A stretch of 41,359 nt of DNA from Octopus sinensis. Its lineage: Eukaryota. The stretch spans positions 1-41,359 of the forward strand of contig NW_021835335.1 of NCBI RefSeq assembly GCF_006345805.1. The letters run 5' to 3'. A model generated the notes under the pieces. The model had not been told where the DNA came from. It was given only the letters and a program-made list of their open reading frames with translations, and did not search any database. Below, one piece after another: positions 36,236 to 41,359 of the stretch; positions within the stretch are counted from its first letter, which is position 1; every line of letters starts with the position of its first letter. Position numbers and translations under genes: made by a program.

Positions 36236-36813
36236 ATGATGAATAATATAATAATAATAATAATAATAATAAATAATGATGATGATGATGATGATGATGA
36301 TATAATATAATAATAATGATGATGATAATAATGATAATAATAAATATATAATATAATGATGATGATATAATAATATAATAATAATGATGATGATGATAAT
36401 ATAATAATAATAATAATATAATATATGATGATGAGATGATGATGATAATAATAAATATAATAATGATGATGATAATAATGATAATAATAATAATAATAAA
36501 TAATAATGATGATATGATGATGATGATGAATGATAATAATAATATAATAATGGGAATGATAATGATAATAATAATAATAATAATATAATACTAATAATAA
36601 TAATAATAATAATAATATAAAATAATGATGATATAATAATAATATAATAATAATAATAATATGATGATAAATAAAAGAATAATAATAATATAATAATGAT
36701 GATGATAATAATAATATAATAATAATCATAATAAATCATGATGATGATGATGATTGATGATATAATAATATAATAATGATGATGATAATAATAATAATAA
36801 TAATGATGATGTA

Positions 36814-36850
<37 letters not shown>

Positions 36851-38398
36851 CATAATAATAATAAAATAATGTAATAAAATATAATAATAATAATAATAAT
36901 ATATAATAATAAAATATAATAATAAAATAATAGTAATGAAACCGCGACAAACATCACTATCAACACTGCTGCCACAACCGTTACCACCACCACCAGCACC
37001 ACCATCAACACCAACACCACCACCAGCGGCTGCAGCAGTATTCTCCCCTCATCATTAACACTATCATCATCACCATTATCTTCAGCAGCAGATCAACTAT
37101 CGCTATCAGCAACAACGACACCAACTCCTCCACTGCCACCACTGCCGCTTCCACCATCTTCATCATCATCATCATCGTCGTCGACGTCGTCATCTTCATC
37201 ATCATCATCATCATCGTCATCATCATCATCATCATCATCATCATAATCATCATCATCATCATCATAATCATCTTCATCATCATCATCAACATCACCGTCA
37301 TCATCATCATCATCATCATCTTCATCATCATCATCATCATCATCTTCATCATCATCATCATCATCATCATCAACATCATCATCATCATCTTCGTCACCAG
37401 CACCAGCACCAGCACCACCAGCACCACCACCACCACCATCACCACCACCACCGCCGCCGCCACCACCACCACCACCACCGCCGCCGCCACCACCACCACC
37501 ACCGCCGCCACCACCACCACTACCACAAATTACAAAATCAACAAGCGCGACAGGAACTACAACCGAAGCAATACTGTACCATCAGAGTAACAGAAGCATG
37601 GACAGTATCTGTGCCACCACCTCCATAAGGACAATCTCCACCCTCCACCACCACCGCCACTACCACCATCACTGGAACAATAGCAACATTAACACCATCA
37701 ACATAACCAACACTATAAAAACTACCACCACAACCACCACCACTACCACTGCCTCCACCACCGCCACGACAGCCTCCACACCACAACCACCATAATCACC
37801 CCCACCCCCATCAATACCTCAACGACGACGACGACCACCACTACAATCACCACTTCCACCACCACAACCACCTCCACAACCACAACCACTACCACAGCCT
37901 CCACCACCACCTGTACTACCATCACCTTCACCACCACACCACCTTCACCACCACACCACCTTCGCCACCACAGCCTCCCCCACGACTACGACCCCCCACG
38001 ACAACCACCATCACCACCACGACAACCACCACCACTACCAGCACCAGCACAAACAACAGTAGTATTCAGGAGAAAAGAATGAAACAAGCAAAGCCAAAAC
38101 ATTTGTAGTAGTAGTAGTAGTATTAGTAGTAATAGTGGTGGTGAATGGTAGTCTTCTTCTTCTTCTCATTCTTCTTCTTCTTCGTCTTCTTCTTCTTCTT
38201 CTTCTTCTTCTTCTTCTTCTTCTTCTCTTCTTCTTCTTCCTCTTCTCCTCACTACAATTGTTATCATTGGTGGTAGTAGAAGTAGTGGTAGGTGCCTCAG
38301 TAACAGCAGCAGAAACAGTGTTAGTAGTGGTACCAGTTTAGGAGTTAGTAAGAGATGTAGATTCAATGATAGCAACAGTACGAGCAAAGTGCAGTAGG

Positions 38399-38445
<47 letters not shown>

Positions 38446-38580
38446 TAATAATAATAATAATAATAATAATTATTATTATTATTATTATTATTATTAGTAG
38501 TAGTAGTAGTAGTATGGTGGTGGTGGTCGTGGAGGTAGTACTAATAATGGGTGTAGTAGTAGTGTTATTAGAAATACAAT
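35690..38580. repeat. 2.9 kb trinucleotide mosaic: (CAG), (AAT/GAT/GAA), (CAT/CAC/CCG), (TTC), (AAT/TAT/TAG)
   Basis: Direct inspection; the long poly-I/Y/H/M/V ORFs are read-throughs of these repeats. Confidence 0.97.
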
Positions 38581-38649
38581 GATATCTGGAGTAGAAGCAA
38601 CACAAAACATTATTGCTTGTGCAGATTAATCGAATTATTGAAATCAGTA

Positions 38650-39185
38650 AGCTACGTGATTATGTATGTATGTATGTATGTATGTGTGTATGAATGCATG
38701 CATGTGAGTATATATGTGTATATATATATATGTGTGTATGTGTGTATTATATATTTATATATATATACATATACAAACAGACACACATGTATATATGCAC
38801 ATATATATACATATAAATTATCAAGTAGTTATATTAATAATGTGCTTATTTTCAAGTGTGTGCTTACGTTTATGTATATGTATATATAGACACATATGTA
38901 TATATATATATATATCTATATTTATCTATATCTATATCTATCTATATACACACATGTTATATATATATATATATTTATATTCTATATATATATATATCTA
39001 TATGTATATATATATGTCTATATGAGTGTGTATGCATGTATATATATATATATATATGTATATATATGTATCTATGTATGCATGTATGCATATAAGTAAA
39101 TATATATATATCTATATTACATACATTTATATTTTCCTTCCCCTCTGTTTCATTTCACTCACTTGCTCTTCTTTTTCTCTTTCTG

Positions 39186-39250
<65 letters not shown>

Positions 39251-39276
39251 GTATATATGTTTATATACATAATATA

Positions 39277-39334
<58 letters not shown>

Positions 39335-39440
39335 TATATATACTTCATATACATATATATATACATATATCCATACTACAACACACACTTACGTGCATGC
39401 CTGTAATATCTCATAACTTTGCATACGCGTGTGTATAGAC
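38650..39440. repeat. Degenerate (TA)n/(TG)n microsatellite field
   Basis: Direct inspection. Confidence 0.95.
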
Positions 39441-40139
39441 ATATATCGATGGCAGATGATTTATTTCCTGGAATATTACAGTGTTATGCAGTAGGCCATG
39501 TTAAGATAGAGAGATTGTAAGTCTTTTAAGCTGCCAAGAGAAGTAGGGCGAGGCTGTTGGGCTCGGAATCGGCTATTGATCAGTATTTCATACTTCCATA
39601 TCGTTACAAATCATCGACTGAAAGGGCAAAAGTGTCGACAAGCTGAGCAACTATGCTGTATGCTTTTCGTTCATGCTTCTTAAGTTCGTATCACGTTAAA
39701 ACTGCCTGCTCTTAAAACGAAATCTTTCCGCTTCAGCAATCTCGTCTTGTGTAACAACTTCCCTAATCGCTTTTATTCTTATAGGCGTAACTGTTGCGTT
39801 GAGGCTAATATAACGAAGATGAGGGTGAAGATGAGGGCGATTATAAGGTATGTAAGCAAAAGGAGGGAGAATGTTGAGATGAGGAAATTCGTGTGTGTTG
39901 TGGTCGTTGTGCCTGACGTACATTAATAAAGGAAGGCAGTGTATGCGCATGTGTGTTATCTTTACAGTTTGTGAAATTTATTAATTAAACAAAGGATTAT
40001 GGTTTGGTTACTTTCTAGGATTGAAACTAGATCGCTGTTTAAATGCAGAAGCATACCTGTTTTGTTCCATAATAATTCTTTCTAAGTATTGGTACAAAGC
40101 CATGAATTTTGAAAGGAGGTGTCACATCGATAACAATGA

Positions 40140-41065
40140 ATCCAGTGTACTTATTTTATCTGCCTCACAAGGATAAAAGACAAACTGAACCTCGGTGGGA
40201 TTTGAACTCACTATGTCAAGATCCGAAGGAAATGTCGCTAAGCATTTTGGCTAACGCGTTAAGAATTCTGCCAGCTTGCTACCTAGTTTTGCTCCTGCCA
40301 TAATAATAATCTCTCCCACTATAGGCACAAGTGCCAAGAATTTTGGGACAAGGGTATGGTCAATTGTATTCACCTTAACGTTTGACCGGTACTTCTTTTA
40401 TCCTTTTCTTCTCTAGGTACAAGGCCCGAAATTTTCTGGAGAGGGGATGGGGTCAGTCGTGTAGATCGACCCCAGTACGCAACTGGTACTTAATTTATAG
40501 ACCCCGAAAGGAAGAAAGCAAAGTCGACCTTGGCGGAATTTGAACTCAGAACATAAAGACAGACGAAATACATATTTCTTTACTACCCACAAGGGGCCAA
40601 ACACAGAGGGGACAAACAAGGACAGACAAACGGATTAAGTCGATTACATCGACCCCAGTGCGTAACTGGTGCTTATTTAATCGACCCCGAAAGGATGAAA
40701 GGCAAAGTCGACCTCGGCGGAATTTGAACCCAGAACGAAATACCGTTAAGCATTTCGCCTGGTATGCTAACGTCTCTGCCAGCTCGCCGCCTTCCGGTAC
40801 TTATTTTATGGTCCACGAAAAATGATGAAATACACATCGGAATTTGAACTCAGAACTTAATCCGACGAAATGTCGCTAAGCATTTCGCCCGGCGTGCTTA
40901 ACAACTCTGCCAGCTCGCCGCCTTCTTTTGCTCCTGTCATAACTTAAGACATGTCTGAAAGTTTGTATGCAACAAACATGTCTGAAATTAATTGCATTTT
41001 TTTTATCGACCCCGAAATAATGAAAAGCAAAGTCGACATAGGTGGAATTTGAACTTAGAACCGTC
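40140..41065 (-). mobile_element. Cluster of about 5 same-orientation SINE B copies, including a head-body-tail-body dimer (40395-40793)
   Basis: Repeated core and heads near 40290, 40793 and 40922; internal junction AAAGAAATA|TGTATTTCGTC at 40562-40581. Confidence 0.88.
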
Positions 41066-41067
41066 CA

Positions 41068-41322
41068 TGTCGAATCTCAGACCGGGCGATGTGTGTGCTT
41101 ATGAGCGAAACATCTAAGCTCCACATGGTTCCGGCATAAGGTAAAGGCGAACTTCTGCTGACTCTTTCGCCACAACTTACTCTCACTCTTTCCTCCTGCA
41201 TCTTGCAGCTTACCTGCGACGGACCGGCGTCCCGTCCAGGTGGGGAACCTATACGCCAAGGAAACCAAGAAACCGGCCCTTATGAGCCAGACATGGCTCG
41301 AGAAGGAACAAACAAACAACAA
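41068..41322 (+). mobile_element. SINE family C, 5'-truncated, with its own tail
   Basis: CGAATCTCAGACCGGGCG..GAGCGAAACATCTAAGCTC shared with 2880-3090; tail GCGACGGACCGGCGTCCCGTCCAGG..GAAACCGGCCCTTATGAGCC..(AAAC)n. Confidence 0.8.
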
Positions 41323-41359
41323 TGTAATACATTCTTTTACATGCGCGCATACATTGTAT

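Noticed and set aside
35806-37526. Long ORFs of 173-333 aa (poly-I/Y/H/M/V)
   Set aside because: Pure trinucleotide-repeat read-through; no domain and no splice context.

Overview
AT-rich, extremely repeat-dense eukaryotic DNA with no recognisable host protein-coding exon, rRNA, tRNA gene or CRISPR array. It is most likely intronic or intergenic sequence from an octopus (inference from the tRNA-derived SINE types and the very high (TA)n/(GTAT)n/(AAT)n microsatellite load). Almost all six-frame ORFs are microsatellite or SINE read-throughs. Supported content: more than 25 copies or fragments of about 4 SINE families; a near full-length decayed hAT (Buster/ZBED8/FAM200-like) transposase (7916-9530, -); a mariner fossil (16398-16975); RTE-type LINE fragments (12350-12600 -, 17588-18900 +); an internally deleted Ty3/gypsy element retaining gag, protease, PPT and 3' LTR (30389-32250, -); a Tc2/pogo-like MITE; and a 2.9 kb trinucleotide mosaic. 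Less ordinary structure: a 4.3 kb fold-back with ~1.1 kb arms (3515-7850); three further hairpins or inverted repeats (1749-2100, 14770-15008, 25151-27280); several minimal Penelope-type hammerhead ribozyme motifs, one with an intact catalytic core (11587-11634); a SINE that repeatedly forms arrays at one internal junction (apparent self-targeting); and a 169 bp satellite built on a SINE tail. All alignments were done by eye, so identities and boundaries are approximate.
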